Below, in pieces: positions 27,760 through 41,823 of a stretch of DNA of 64,000 bases. The position numbers and the translations under genes were made by a program. Position 1 is the stretch's first letter; each line of letters opens with the position of its first letter. Under the pieces are notes generated by a model. The model did no database searches. It had not been told where the DNA came from and saw only the letters and a program-made list of their open reading frames with translations. Source of the stretch: the human T2T-CHM13v2.0 reference genome, Homo sapiens; assembly GCF_009914755.1 (NCBI RefSeq), contig NC_060930.1; one strand, given 5' to 3'.

Positions 27760-30700
27760 ATTCTCTTGCCAATATCACACTGTCTTGTTTATTGTAGCTT
27801 TGCAGTGAGCCGTGAAATCAGTCAAATAAATCCTCCAATTTTCTTCTTTTAAAAAAATTGTTTTGGCTATTGCAGGCTGTTTGCATTTCCACATAAACTT
27901 TATAATGACCTTCTTAGTTTCTACTAAACAACCTATTGTAATTTTCACTGGCTTAATGTTTAACTGTAGATCAATTTATGGAGAACTGATATCTTAAAAA
28001 TACTGAGTTTTTTTAATCCATGAACATAGTTTCTCTCTTATTTTATTCAGATATTGTATAATTTCTCTCAGCAATGTTCCATAGTTTTGAGTGAAGAGAT
28101 AGTGTACATATTTTGTTAGAATTATTTCTAATTATTGCTAATTATATTTCATGTGATTGTAAATAATTTTTTAAATTTTATTTTCCAATGATTCATTGGC
28201 AGTATATTAAAATACAATTGAGTTTTATATATTAACATTGTGTACTGAGATGTGGATAAATTTAATTATTTTGAGTTTATGTTAGTAATAAACAATTACA
28301 GTCATTGAAATTATTTTTATCATTATGAAATATTTCTCTTTATCTTTGTTAATACTTTGTAAATTTATCTAATATTGATAAAGATTTTTCTGCCTTTTAA
28401 TATTCATTATTTGCATGTGTATCTTTTTAAAAAATCCACTTATTCTTTAAATAACACACAAAACTTTAAAGTGTGTCTTTTGTAAGCAGCATATTGTTGC
28501 TTTTTTATTCATTCTGATAATATCTGCTTTTTAATTAGAGTGTTTAGTCCATTAATACTTTAAAATTTTTTATTTCTAAATAATTTTAATTTAAAAATGG
28601 GAAAAGTAGTTCAATGATTTCCCATGTAGTCTTCACCTGGATTCCACTAATGTTAACATATGTATACATAATATTATAAAAACTAAGAAACTAACATTGA
28701 TATAACACTCAACTAACCTGTAAACTTTATTCGGTCTCAGAAGCTTTATTGCTGGTTGTGTTTTTTTGTTCCAGGATTTGGTCAGTAATCCTTCATTAAA
28801 TTTAGTTGTTAATTCCTTTTGTGTACTCCAGTCAGTGAGTTTTGTAGTCTTTCCTTGTTTCTCATGGCCTATTAATTTTGATGAGTATTAATGAACTCTT
28901 TTGCAAGAGCCCCTCAATTTGGATTTGTCTGATGTTTCCTCATTATTAAATTGAGGTTATGTATTTTGGACAAAAAGATTGACTTGTTCTTTGCAGGTAT
29001 CAGGGGTACATGATGTTGTAATATTAACTTGATCACTTGATTAGCTTAGTGTTTGCTGGGTTTTTCCACTGTAAAGTTTTGTTATTTGTAATTGATTAAC
29101 ATTTTTAAGGATATGTTATTATTTAATGCAGTTGTTAATATGGCTGGATTGATGTTTACCATTTTATTATTTGCTTTGTTTTCTCTTTTTTGGTCTTTTT
29201 TTCTTTGCTCTTTCTTTGGATCATTTGAATACCTTTATAATTTCATATAATTTAACTTTTGGCTTTTTACCCATAACTCTCCATTTTAGGGGTTTTACTA
29301 GAATTTAAAATATATATTCATAAATTTTTAAACTTTATTTCAAAGTATTATTTGCTACTTTACATAAAAGAAATTTTACAACCATATAAGTACATTTATC
29401 TTCTCCTGTACTGTCCTACATGCTATCACTGTCATATGAATTGCAGCTACATATATTATAAACTCCACCAAACACTATAATTTTTATTTCAAATAGTCAT
29501 ATATTTTTTAAAAAGTGAAAAAGTAATCACTTATATTCTACCAGATACTTACCATTTCTACTGTTCTTTACTTATTCCTGAAGATCCACTTTTCTTTTGA
29601 TATTACCTCCCTTCAACCTTAAGAAACTCCTTCAGCATTTCTCTTAGTGTAGGTCTGGGCCCCACATACTCTCTTCAATTTTTTTTATCTCATAATGTCT
29701 GCATTTAGTCTTTGTTCTTGAAAGCTATTTTTGCTAGATGCAAAATTCCCCTTTGAGCTTTTTATTTTTTTTTCCTTCTTTGGCACTTTTCTGCCCTCCA
29801 CAGCTTCTGATGAGAAATCAGTAGTCATTGAATTGGTATCTCCCTGTATGTAATGTGTCATGTTAATTTCATTGCTTTCAAGATAATTTTCATTATATTT
29901 AGTTTCAAGAGTCTGACATAGTGTGTCTAGGTACAATTTTTCTTTTGTGGGAACTCTGAGCTTGAATCTGGAAATTTATGTCTTTTACCAAATTTGAATT
30001 TTCAGCCTTTGTTTCTTCAAATATTTTCTGCATTGTTCTCTCTCTCCTCTTCTTCTGTAACTCCAATTACCAATATGTTATACATTTTTGTTTTTATTTT
30101 AAATCTCTTCTTTAGACTGGATCATTTCTATAATCTATCTTCAAGATCACTAGTTCTTTTTTGTCTCTGCATTCTTGTATTAGAGCATGCAGTAAATTTT
30201 TTATTTGATATTGTATAATTTTTCCTACTCAATATGTTTTTTGGAGCAGATTTAGGTTCAGATAAAATTTGAGAAGAAATATATAGTTTCCATATACTTC
30301 CTACCCCTACACGCTCATAGCTTCCCACACTATCAGCACCCTGCACCTGAGTAGTACATTTGTTACAGTTGATAAATCTACATTGAGTGACACATCATCA
30401 CCCAAAGTCCATAGCTTACATCAGGGTTCCCTCTTGATGTAATGCATTCTATGGGTTTTAAAGAATGTATAATGACATGTTTCCAAGTTATAGTGTCATA
30501 TAGAATAACTTCACTGTCCTAAAAATCTTTTATGCTCTGCATACTGATTCCCCTTTCCTGCCTAACCCTTAGTAACCACTAATCTTTTTCAGTTTTCATG
30601 GTTTTGTCCTTTTCAGAATGTAATATAGCTGGAATCACATTGATGGAAGCCTTTCTAGATTGTCTTCTTTTGCTTAGTAATATGCATTAAGGTTTTGTGT

Positions 30701-32040
30701 CTTTTCATGGCTTGATATATCATTTCTTTTTAGTGCTGAATAACATTTCATTGTCTCAATGTACTGGTTCATTTATCCACTCATCTTCTGAAGGACATCT
30801 TGGCTATTTCCAGGTTTTGGTAATTATGAATAAAGCTGCTTTAAACACATATGTTCAGGCTTTTATGTGGACATAAATTTTTAGTTTGTTTGGGTAAATA
30901 CCAAAAAGTGTGATTGCTTGATTGTATGGTAAAAGTATGTTTAGTTTTCTGGGAAAGTGTCTTCCAAAATAGCCATATCATTTCGCATTCACACTAGTAA
31001 TGAAATAGAGTTCCTGTTGCTCTGCATCCTTGTCAGCATTTGGTGTTGTCAGTGTTCCGAATTGTGGCCATTCTAACAGTTTTGTAATGGTATCTCTTTG
31101 TTTTAATTTGCATTTCTCTGATTACACATGATGTGAACTCTCTTTTTATATGCTTATTTGCCTGCTGTCTGTATATCTTCTTGACTCCTTCTGTGGCTAG
31201 GAGTCAGTTTAGGTGTTTGACCATTTTCTATTAAGGTTATATGTTTTCCTATTGTTGAGGTAGATATATTTTTTCAGTTATAACATTTCATTAGGTTTAT
31301 TTTTATGTTTTGTATTTCTGTGCTAAAGTTTTCTTTCATCCATCACAGGCATATTTTCTTCTACCTCAATGAGCACATTTATAATAGTTGCTGAGCTGTT
31401 TTTGCCTGATGATTTCAACATTTGGATCATCTTGGAATTGGCTTTTACTTATTTTCTTTTTGCTTGAGATTGTCACATTTTCCTAGCTTTGTGGGTATAG
31501 AGTAATTATACATGGTGTCCTGGATGTTTAGCATGTTATGTTTTACAGTCTCTGGATTCTGTTGTATTTCTTCAAAGAATGCTACTGTTTTGTTTTGAAA
31601 AGCAATTAACTTCATTGGACTTAAACTTCCCACTTGTGGTCAGAGACAGCTTTGATCACTGGCTTTCTCATTTCTTAGGTCCCCCTTACTTTCTGATGGC
31701 TCTGGTTGCCACATGTCCCTTTCTCTAGCTCCTCCAGCCAAAAAAGGGTCAGTTTTATATCAGAGTTTTAGCCACTCCCCTCCATGGGTAGAATTATGGC
31801 TGCCCTCAGGGCAAAGCTACAAAAAACAAGGCACTCCATGCCAGTGTCTTCCTCCAAATTTTAACTCACTTATCCAATACCTCTGCTTTGTTTACTTTCC
31901 AGAGTCTGGATTATTTCTGCTTGTTTGTTTTTCTCTTTTGTTCCTCACCCTCGCCCACCTCAAATGTAGGGTTATTATATGCAGGAATGCAGGAAGTTTG
32001 ATATTAGGAGCTCACTCCTCCTTAATAGTAGCAGACTCTT
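27760..32040 (-). mobile_element. Fragmented old L1M (ORF2, ORF1, 5' region) with nested old elements
   Basis: ORF1-like peptides HYIQGDTNSMTTDFSSEAVEGRK (29685..29936) and QKRTSDLEDR (30128..30346); ORF2-like antisense sequence at 27760-28500. Confidence 0.65.
30235..31260 (-). mobile_element. L1MC/L1MD 3' end nested in older L1M
   Basis: gagcagatttaggttca...gtacatttgttacagttgat...cacccaaagtccatag. Confidence 0.8.
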
Positions 32041-32449
32041 AGACTATTTAATTTTTGATGACTCACGTGTATCTCACTCAAAGAAATTAAGAAAGGTCTT
32101 AAAGAGTTGAGATGCTCTATTGTCTGACATGTCATTTGATTATATTTCTATAAGTGGCTTTTGACTATTTCTAGTTAGTGAGTACAACTAATATCTTAAT
32201 CTTGAAAGATTATTCCATAAAACAAAAGTACAAGTAGAGAAAAAAATGGAGCAGTTAATGAGTGGTTTTTGCTTAGCAAAAGGTAGTTTGAATGAACTCT
32301 CACAGTTGATGGAATCAGTGATGATAAAGCCAAGTCACTCTGATATCTACACAGCATTCCACATTTTTATATATAGTTCCATTTTAATTTTTTCTCATAT
32401 GAATAACTGTTTTAATCTTAAGACACTTGAATTGTTGATTAAAGCTGAG

Positions 32450-32790
32450 GAGGCATTACTGTGCAGTGGATAAGAGTAGATTGTACATGAACCCGGGAGG
32501 CGGAGCTTGCAGTGAGCGGAGATCTGGCCACTGCACTCCAGCCTGGGTGACAGAGCGAGACTCCATCTCAAAAAAAAAAAAAAGAAAAAAAGAATAGATT
32601 GTTTATATTCAAATCACAATCCCACTACTTCCTAGTTGTAAAACCCTGGGTAAGTTACTTAATTTCCTATATATCAATTTTCTCATCTTTAAAATGGGAA
32701 AAATAATGATATATACTTCATTAAGATGCTTATAAAGAAATTAATGTGTTCAGGTTTTAGAGAGTATCTGACACATTAAAAAATGCCATT
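32450..32790 (+). mobile_element. MIR interrupted by an Alu fragment
   Basis: gcagtggataagag...ctgggtaagttacttaa...tctcatctttaaaatggg. Confidence 0.75.
32485..32589 (+). mobile_element. 5'-truncated AluY 3' fragment
   Basis: gaacccgggaggcggagcttgcagtgagc; TSD aagagtagattgt (32472-32484) / aagaatagattgt (32590-32602). Confidence 0.92.
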
Positions 32791-33218
32791 TTTTTTCTTT
32801 TTTTTATTACACTTTAAATTCTGGGATACATGTGCAGAACGTGCAGGTTTGTTACATAGGTATACATGTGCCATGGTGGTTTGCTGCACCTGTCAACCCA
32901 TCATCTGGGTTTTAAGCCCTACATGCATTAGATATTTGTTCTAATGCTCCCTCTCCCCTTGCCCCCCACTCCTGACAGGTCCCAGTGTGTGATGTTCCCC
33001 TTCTTCTGCCCACATGTTCTCAATGTTCAACTCCCACCTATGAGTGAGAACATGTGGTGTTTGGTTTTCTGTTCCTGTGTTAGTTTGCTGAGAATGATGG
33101 TTTCCAGCTTCATCCATGTCCCTGGAAAGGACATGAACTCATTCTTTTTTATGGCTGCATAGTATTCCACGGTGTATATGTGTCACATTTTCTTTAACCA
33201 GTCTATCATTGATGGGCA
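32791..33218 (-). mobile_element. L1PA7-like 3' end
   Basis: ggttttaagccctacatgcattag 3'UTR; TSD aaaaaatgccatt (32778-32790) / aaaaagtgccatt (33219-33231). Confidence 0.92.
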
Positions 33219-33549
33219 AAAAAGTGCCATTATTTGTTATTGTTATTTTTATCCTTAGAAATATCAGGATGATAGATATGTCTTTAAAATTTGAAATAGA
33301 TAAGGGGATTTATGGAGAAGTATACAACATAGAGAGAATGGTAATTATTCCTCATTTAGATCTTGATGGGAGCAAATTTATCATTATTTATGTTTCACCT
33401 CAGCAGTTATTTTTCTCTGGTAATATTTTACATACATTCTTTTTTATCATGTTGGTCCCTCTGGGTAGAATTGTCTGGAAAACTCCTTTGAGGTATATTC
33501 TTTTAAAAATTGTCCAGTTATCCCTTACCACATATTTCAAATGATCCCT

Positions 33550-33780
33550 GAAAGGCAGTATAATGTAGGGAAATTCACCTTCTTTGGAATCAGATAGATT
33601 TTGAGTATCACCTCTGTCACTCACAAGATGTGGACAGTTGAGACTTATCCTCATCTAAAAATGGGGGAAAGATTGTTCATATAAAAGGAATATTGAAGAT
33701 TAAATAAGATGGCATTTGTTTAGTGTTTACTCAGGGTCTAGAATGTTTTAGGTACCCACTCACAGTAAATTCCCTTCTCT
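33550..33780 (+). mobile_element. MIR
   Basis: ggcagtataatgtagg...tttggaatcagatagat...cctcatctaaaaatgggg. Confidence 0.65.
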
Positions 33781-35089
33781 TTTCCCATGTCATTCTGCTA
33801 TGAAGTCTTCCTGAACACTTCTAGGAAGATCACATCTGTCCTTTCTCTAGTCTTTCAATTAAAATCTTCATCATATTTCATTAACATGTCTTTCTTTATC
33901 ACTGTGTTGGCTCCTCCTTCAGGGCAGAAACCTACATGTCTTTTATAGGGTTCACTGTAGATTGTCTCAATGTTTGTAGGTTTAGTGAATGAATAAAAGT
34001 ATGATTAACTTGAATTTTATTTGAACATATAATTTTCACGTACTAATTAATACAATCTGAGAGTAGATCAATGAGCATTTAAATCAAATGAAATACTGTA
34101 GAGCAAAACAAATATAAAGACTTTTCTTTTGTCTTACTCTGACATTTTTTAAAGGTAATGAAAACATCCCCATGACCAGAAATCCTCAGGAATAATTCCT
34201 CTTGACTGCAGTAAGTACCTACTTTTGAGAAACAGAAAGCTGATGAGCTGCAGGCTTCCCTGCTGCTAAATTCATCTAACAAGGCACTCCTGATGTGTTC
34301 TGATTTTAAGGCCAATGGGAACTCTATAGATTGGTTTGCTGCTCTCTTTCCTGATAAAGAGAAGACTTTGAGATGTGCATGTTTATGTTGGTAAATAAAT
34401 TCTGGCATGAAATGAGAATTCAGGAATCAAGCCTAAGGCATCAAAAACAGTAATAAAGTGAATTTGTAGCCATATTGTCTTTGGTGCTTCCAGGACAAAG
34501 TCTGCATATTTAAGGTAAGTCTGAAAAATCAGTAGTCATCTCCACCTCTGGGTGTTATAGCCAGGACCTGAAATGATGTGTCTGTGTGTCTAACAAGATA
34601 GTTGAGAGATACTGGGTCCTTTAAATGGATTAATCTCTTTGAATAAGTTATATGATTGGGAACTAAAACAATGATATCAGAAGTGCCCAAAACAGATTGG
34701 TACAAAGCTTGCCAAATACCAATTACAACTAAAATGACTTTTTATTTGGGTGTAGAAGGAGCTAAGTAAAAAAGGGTTAAGTTTCTTCTTAGGAAGCTGA
34801 GGAGAAACAACAAGACTATTCAATTCCAATTGCTACATTCTACATCAAGAAAAGTGGTATGCAAATGACAAAGAGAGAAGTAACACAAAGGAAGAAAATC
34901 AAACTTACCACTGGGACAAACATGCAAGAGCACATCCAACTGTAACATGTGAATTAATTATTCAAATTAGAGAGACACATTTCATGCTAGGATACTGAAA
35001 ACATGATAGGATGACAGAAACATTATCTATTAGGAATTATGAGAAGTCAGAAAGGTAAAGGACCCAATTAAGAGAGATACAAGAGGGAG

Positions 35090-35152
35090 AGAGAAATGAA
35101 AAGGGAGAGGGAAGGAAGGAGGAGAGGGGAAAAGGGAGGAAGGAAGGAAGAA
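35090..35152. repeat. GA-rich low-complexity tract
   Basis: gggagaggggaaggaaggaggagagggga... Confidence 0.8.
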
Positions 35153-35343
35153 AACGATCTAGTTTTTAGAAGATAGAAGGGTGTTAGGACGAGAATGTTA
35201 ACTGTAGAAACCACAGCTTGCAAACTTTGATGATGGTATTTGGCAGAATTCTGTTCTTCATTGTTAAATTGAATGGTACTAATCTCTTAGCAAAAAGAAA
35301 GCCTTAATTAGGAACCATAAGGAGTATATAAAAACATTTTATT

Positions 35344-35674
<331 letters not shown>

Positions 35675-35854
35675 TTATTGGTAGACTAAAATAATTTTAT
35701 TGGCATGAGCTGTCTTTTTTTCAGCAAGGTGTTTGAAAAGTTTTCTCCATAATGTGCTAATGAACACGTCTTATTGAACATATGTTGAATGATCGTGTTC
35801 AAGATGAGGGCAATGAATTTTCAGCCAGCATCACAACACATTATAATGACATTT

Positions 35855-36100
35855 AGGAATAGCATACTTGTTAAGAGCAAAGGATCTGGAATCAGTCAGA
35901 TCTGGGTTTGAATTTAATATCTAATGCTTAATACTTGTCAGTCCTTTGGAAATGTACTTAGTTACTAAGTCTGAAAAATTGAGATAATAACAGTACCAAA
36001 TTCCTAGAGTTGTTCAGAAGATTAAATATGAGAATACACATAAATTGGTCAGCACAGTGGCTACAGCATACATGGAGATATGCAAAGAGTACTTACTATA
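35855..36100 (+). mobile_element. MIR
   Basis: gttaagagca...tctggaatcagtcagatctgggtttgaat...agcacagtggctacagcata. Confidence 0.7.
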
Positions 36101-37339
36101 AAGGCATTCAGAAAGGCATCTCATCCTTTTGTGGAGTAGGAGTCAGAATTGGTCAGGGAAGGAGAGGTGTAGGGACAGTCACTAGGAGCAAATATATACA
36201 TGCAAGAGGGTAATAGAGCTGATGCATTTCCTCATCTGCAAATAACAGTTACAGCTTTAGCTTGGAGAAAGGGAACACTTAAGGAGACGAAAGTGGTGAA
36301 GGGTGAGACAGGGTAGGGAGACAGGGGTCAAATTAAAATGGAGTTTACATGTCGTATTCAGGGTTTAGAAGTTATACTAAGCATGTGTATGAGAGGAGGT
36401 TTCAGGATAATTTGAAATAGTAGAGCTTGAAAATATTTTAGTAACTATAACATTGAACTTTAAGGGGCTATCAGATTAAAATGGAATAGCTATGCCGATT
36501 CTTCACTGAAAGAGCACAAAGTCAAAGAAGCACCTCATCAATATGTTCAGTAGATCAGGAGGTAGCTCTTTCTCAATAACTTTCAAATAATCCTACTTTT
36601 GTTATGATCTTCAAGTTTCTTTCTGTTTACGAATTTTTTCCCCCCACAAATGCGATTGACGGCATTTGGTAAAGTCCCCACAAGAGGGTTTGCACGTGAT
36701 ACGGTTCTGAACCGTATGCAGCACACACTTATATGTTAGACTGAAAAGAGAATTAGGCATTAGTGACTTTTAAGAAAGATCACTAATGCAAGACAAAAAC
36801 CAATCTTCTCGAGGGTTTTTTTTTTTTTTTTTACTTCAAAGGGAGGCTTTGAATCCTAGCATCTTCTTTGAAACTCTTTAAGATGGCATCAAAATTTTAA
36901 GCAGTTGGTTTCCATTTTGCAAGTGACTCTGAGCTCTTTAAACTTTGGGAATGAAAACAAAAAAAGTGAGTGATGTTAATCTTCTCATTTTCGGGATTTT
37001 TGTGTATTATGATTTCTTTTTTTCAAAATACCTGAATGAATACATTATTAGAAGAAATTGCTTATGACCTTGATTCTGGTATGAATGAACTATGGCTGAA
37101 ATAGTAAAACAAGAAAATGGGAGTGAACTAAAATGTTCTTTCCCCACTCTGAATTAGCTTTTCAATAATGAAATTCATGTTCAAAGAATATAGTGGTTCC
37201 TTCATCTATTCATTCAACTGCAATAAAAGATTACAAGTATTTACATCTATTTATCATAGCAGTGCTTTTTATTTTCTTTACTACTGTTTATAATTTGGTC
37301 TTTAGTCCTATATTTGAGGGTTTTTAAATCTAACATTTT

Positions 37340-37612
37340 GAAATTAAATACTAAGTTCTGAAGCTACAAAATTTGGGTTTGATTCTTTACTCTTTCAAGT
37401 TTTGACTTGCAAAAATGATACCATTTTTTTTAGCTCTAAGTTTCTCCACTATAAAATAGGTCATGAATGGAATCAGAGGCTTGAATTCTGAGACCCCTGG
37501 TTCAAATTTATATAAGGTAATTTTATTTTGAGGGTTAAGTTGTCTAATACCAGTAGTACATTCGATAACACATAGTAAGTGCTGAATAAGAAGGTACAAT
37601 ATTAATAGTAAC
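37340..37612 (+). mobile_element. MIR
   Basis: tgggtttgattc...gtttctccactataaaatagg...acatagtaagtgctgaataa. Confidence 0.6.
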
Positions 37613-37916
37613 ACCTGCTCTTCTTAATTCTAGGCTAATGGTGCAGATTTCTGAGTTTTATGAAATATGTCATCATGTGATGGTATGTATCAGAAAAATA
37701 CTCAGAGGTAGAAAGTGCTAAACAAATATTTGATGAGTAAATGAATTAAAATTGAACATATTAAAACTTAGTATCCTCCTTTGCTCAGAGTATATTATAG
37801 GGGTAATAATAATTGACAAGGTATAAAAATCTTAGCTCAAGATGTAATGTTCTATGATTTGAGGCAAAAAAAAATTATACCTTGTAAGACTCAGCCTCCT
37901 TTTTTGCAAAATGAAT

Positions 37917-38118
37917 ATAACACATGTGATTACTGTTATTTAGGATACTATAACATTAAATTATTATTCACCATTTTTTTGGGAAAAATGCTGTCAGCAG
38001 TTAGATATGTTTGAACTGATAACACGTGATTACTATTATTTAGGATACTATAACATTAAATTATTATTCACCAGCTTTTTGGGAAAAATGCTGTCAGCAG
38101 TTAAGTATGTTTGAACTG
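37917..38118. repeat. ~101-bp tandem duplication
   Basis: ataacac...gtgattact...gggaaaaatgctgtcagcagtt...tttgaactg at 37917-38018 and 38019-38118, a few differences. Confidence 0.95.
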
Positions 38119-38137
38119 TTGTTTTAAAAGAATAACC

Positions 38138-38475
<338 letters not shown>

Positions 38476-39069
38476 TCATTTAGGATAATTTTCAAGTTTC
38501 AACTTTTATAAAGGTTTAGAATTGGTCTCATCGGTTATTTAATTTTGTAATTAAAGCATGTTTGAGGAAAATACACTTTGTTGTTATCCATTGTGAAGTA
38601 TTAGAAGTTGTATGCAAATAACTTGCATTTTGAGAATTCTAGAGTAAATTAGAATTGTACACACATCTCACCTTCATACTGAAACTAGAGGTGGTTCTGT
38701 GTATAATATTTATTACAACACTGAGGCTTTAACTCCACAACTGGTAGGATTAAGCACAAGATAACACACATGACAGTCTAAAGTATATATTCACAATACA
38801 ACCACAGACTGCAGGGTGGACTTATGGATGACTTGTCTGAGGGCTGACAAGTCCTGGATTACATGGGAGCTTCTCATCCTTGGCACATCTGCCTTTGAAC
38901 TGACAGCAGCCACCTGTGGTCTGGCTCGCTGATCTCCCGTGGCCTGTGCTGTTTCACATCCAAACTGGATTAGGCTACTCTCTCTGAGGTTTGAGTCTCT
39001 ATCCATAGACTTATAGTCTAATTGCCATACCCAGTCCCCACCATGTGATCTAGCACTGAACACAGAAAC

Positions 39070-39366
<297 letters not shown>

Positions 39367-39750
39367 CAGAAACACTTCTTATAGTTCATTGAGGATGTTA
39401 AGTTGTTCCTGACTGTGCACATGCTCAAAATAAAGGACAACAAATGCTTTATTTCTCTCCATGTTGTCTCTTGTTCTCCCTGAAATTGGGTGGAAATCTA
39501 TGAATAATACACCTAATGAATATTTACGGAGTGCCTAGTTTGTGCCAGACCTTTGCCAGGTATATTTCATGGATTGCTTTGAAATGATTATATTATTCCT
39601 TTTAAGTGTGCAATATTCTTTTAAGGGCTAAAGGGATATTTGAACAGTTTTCATCAGTTGGAGTTGTGTGTTTGCGAATTGGCAGACAGCGTTATTGTTT
39701 CACACTCTTGATGTGTATGCTGAACAGGTCAGCAATCCAGCTGTTTGTTG

Positions 39751-40460
39751 AGTCTTCGCTGGGGTTCCCTAGAAAACAGATCCTGAGGAGGAAAAGCTCA
39801 CTTGTTAACCATTTAAGGGAGGGGCAGGGCTGGTATGAAATCTCAGAACAGTATGAAGAGGCAGAAAAGGGGAGTAGGATAGAAAAGGAGGAAAGCAAAT
39901 ATAACATTCTGTATTACCAAGATGGCAACAGCTTCCCAGTTAGCTGGTTGATCGATCCTAGGGCCCTTTCAGGACAGGCTGTAGAGAACCACTGTGCCTT
40001 TGAGCAGAGTCAGTGGGCCATGCGCAAAATGAAAATAAATTATCTCCCAGATCCTTCTGTTCTGTTCTCACTGGTCCATGTTCAACCATATAACCCAGCT
40101 GGTTAGCACTCTGAGCTATTGTAGCTCAAGTCCCACTTTTGAGACACTCTGAAGAGCTGTGAATGTTTAAGACGCCCTCCCTTCTAGTGGTGTTATCCAG
40201 TGCCTCCTAGTAGACAATAAGGAGGCCTGGCCGACATTGGGTATTGCACTTCATCTAAGACTGGGTGTCAGGCCAGTAGAGGGTTTGCATCTTCCCACTG
40301 GCTATGCAGAGCATCAGGGAAAGCCATGCCTGAGCCCAGTCCACATGCAGGTTAAGTGGAACCAGCTGGTTGGGGCTCTCCACAGAGCAAGCCATCAAGT
40401 GCCTAGGAGACAAATGGAGCCAAGCAAATCTAGGGAGGTATACAAATTGGGTTGGGTATG
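39751..40460 (-). mobile_element. Old ERVL LTR (LTR33/LTR41/LTR16 group)
   Basis: gtcttcgctggggttccctagaaaacagatcctgag is the antisense of the ERVL LTR 3' end; right boundary uncertain. Confidence 0.55.
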
Positions 40461-41132
40461 ATTAGACTTTTTAATGGACCCGGTATAGAAGTAGGATGCA
40501 AATCAGAAATGGACATTTATTGAGGATCTACTGTATGACAGGCTCTATGTGAAGTTTTTTTTTCCCACGTAACAACATATGTTATGCTGATAAGCATGCA
40601 AATTTTTATATATTAGTATGATGTAAATAAATATGTAGCTATAAAGATTTTTTAAGGCCAAATTGACGTGGAAGATGCTTTTCTTATCTCATATTTCCAT
40701 AATCCTATTTAATTCAGTCAACTCTTTCCAATCCATCTAGAGTTAATTATCTCTCTCATTAATTGTTTGGGAATTACAAGTTGTGTGAGACGTGGACTCT
40801 CCCCAGTGCTCCCATCAAGCTCTGGCAACCTACAGCTTGTGCTGCTTACACATATTGTTATATTTGCTGACTTCCACCTGTAACAAACTCATCTGGACTC
40901 TTAAAAGTTACCTGTATCTGACCTTTATCCTCACTTTCACCTTTTCTGCCTAACCTTCTCCCTTTTTGTGCACTGGGACTTCCTTGTGTCGAAGACTGAT
41001 CTCTTTAACTGTGTCCTGGTTCTGCCATCCTTGCTCCACCTCTCCTTAACCAGAGACCTGCAGCCAGCCCTTCTCTTCTCTCCCTGCTGCACCTCGACCT
41101 CTCTCTGTCTGCTAGATATTTCCATGATAGGC

Positions 41133-41823
41133 TGTGGCCGACACTCTTAACTGTCTAACTCAACTTCTCCCTTCTTTTTGTTTTTTGAGACGGCGTCTTG
41201 CTCTGTCGTCCAGGCTGCAGTGCAGTGACGCGATCTCAGCTCACTGCAAGCTCCGCCTCCCGAACTACTCCCTTCTTTACAATCACTCTCTTGCTTCTTG
41301 CAAGCATAGCAGAGCCCGCATTTTATCACGTGCTTATCTTTTGCTGTCTCGTTTTCCAAGAAGGTGCCCATCTGTAGTTTCAGGGAGTACAGTCTTCAAT
41401 TGTGTTGTAGTCTCACCCACCACCTTACTGATGATTGGTCTAGGGCTGAGCACATACTATTTTGGCCAATAAGGATGAGGGGAAGTTTCCTGAGTGATAC
41501 TGGGAAAAGTTTTCTCATTTCAAAAAGAAATAGGCAGGAAAACATCTTCCCCTGATTCTGCTCCTCCGCCTTTTTCTTTGCTTCTGAATGCTGTTGTTTG
41601 AGGACTAAATGCCTGAAGTTGCTGCAACCATTAAGGAGTATGAAGGGGCAAGCCTGAGGGCAAAATCCAAAATGATGAGGATATAACAGAAAGATGAAAA
41701 GACCTAAATTCTGATGATGTCATTTAACTACTGCCCTACGCATTGATAGGTGGGATAACAAACAGCCTTACTTTTTAGTTGTCAGCTTGTTTCATCTTCT
41801 TTTTACTCTTATACCAAATAACA
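41133..41823 (+). mobile_element. MLT1J/K-type LTR
   Basis: tgattggtctaggg...ttttggccaataaggatg...gcctgaagttgctgcaaccat...tgatgatgtcatt. Confidence 0.65.
41177..41262 (-). mobile_element. ~85-bp 5'-truncated AluY fragment
   Basis: cactgcaagctccgcctcccg; TSD aacttctcccttctt (41162-41176) / aactactcccttctt (from 41263). Confidence 0.92.

Noticed and set aside
27725-27760. A-rich tract as the tail of a separate + strand insertion
   Set aside because: No element body upstream on the + strand; it may be an expanded copy of the L1PB TSD (ttaaaacaaa), but this cannot be resolved
38790-39060. Possible old LTR between the inverted AluY pair
   Set aside because: GC-richer and LTR-like, but I could not match termini or a family with confidence
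39606-40106. 166-aa ORF
   Set aside because: Non-ATG start, no recognisable domain, runs antisense through an old LTR
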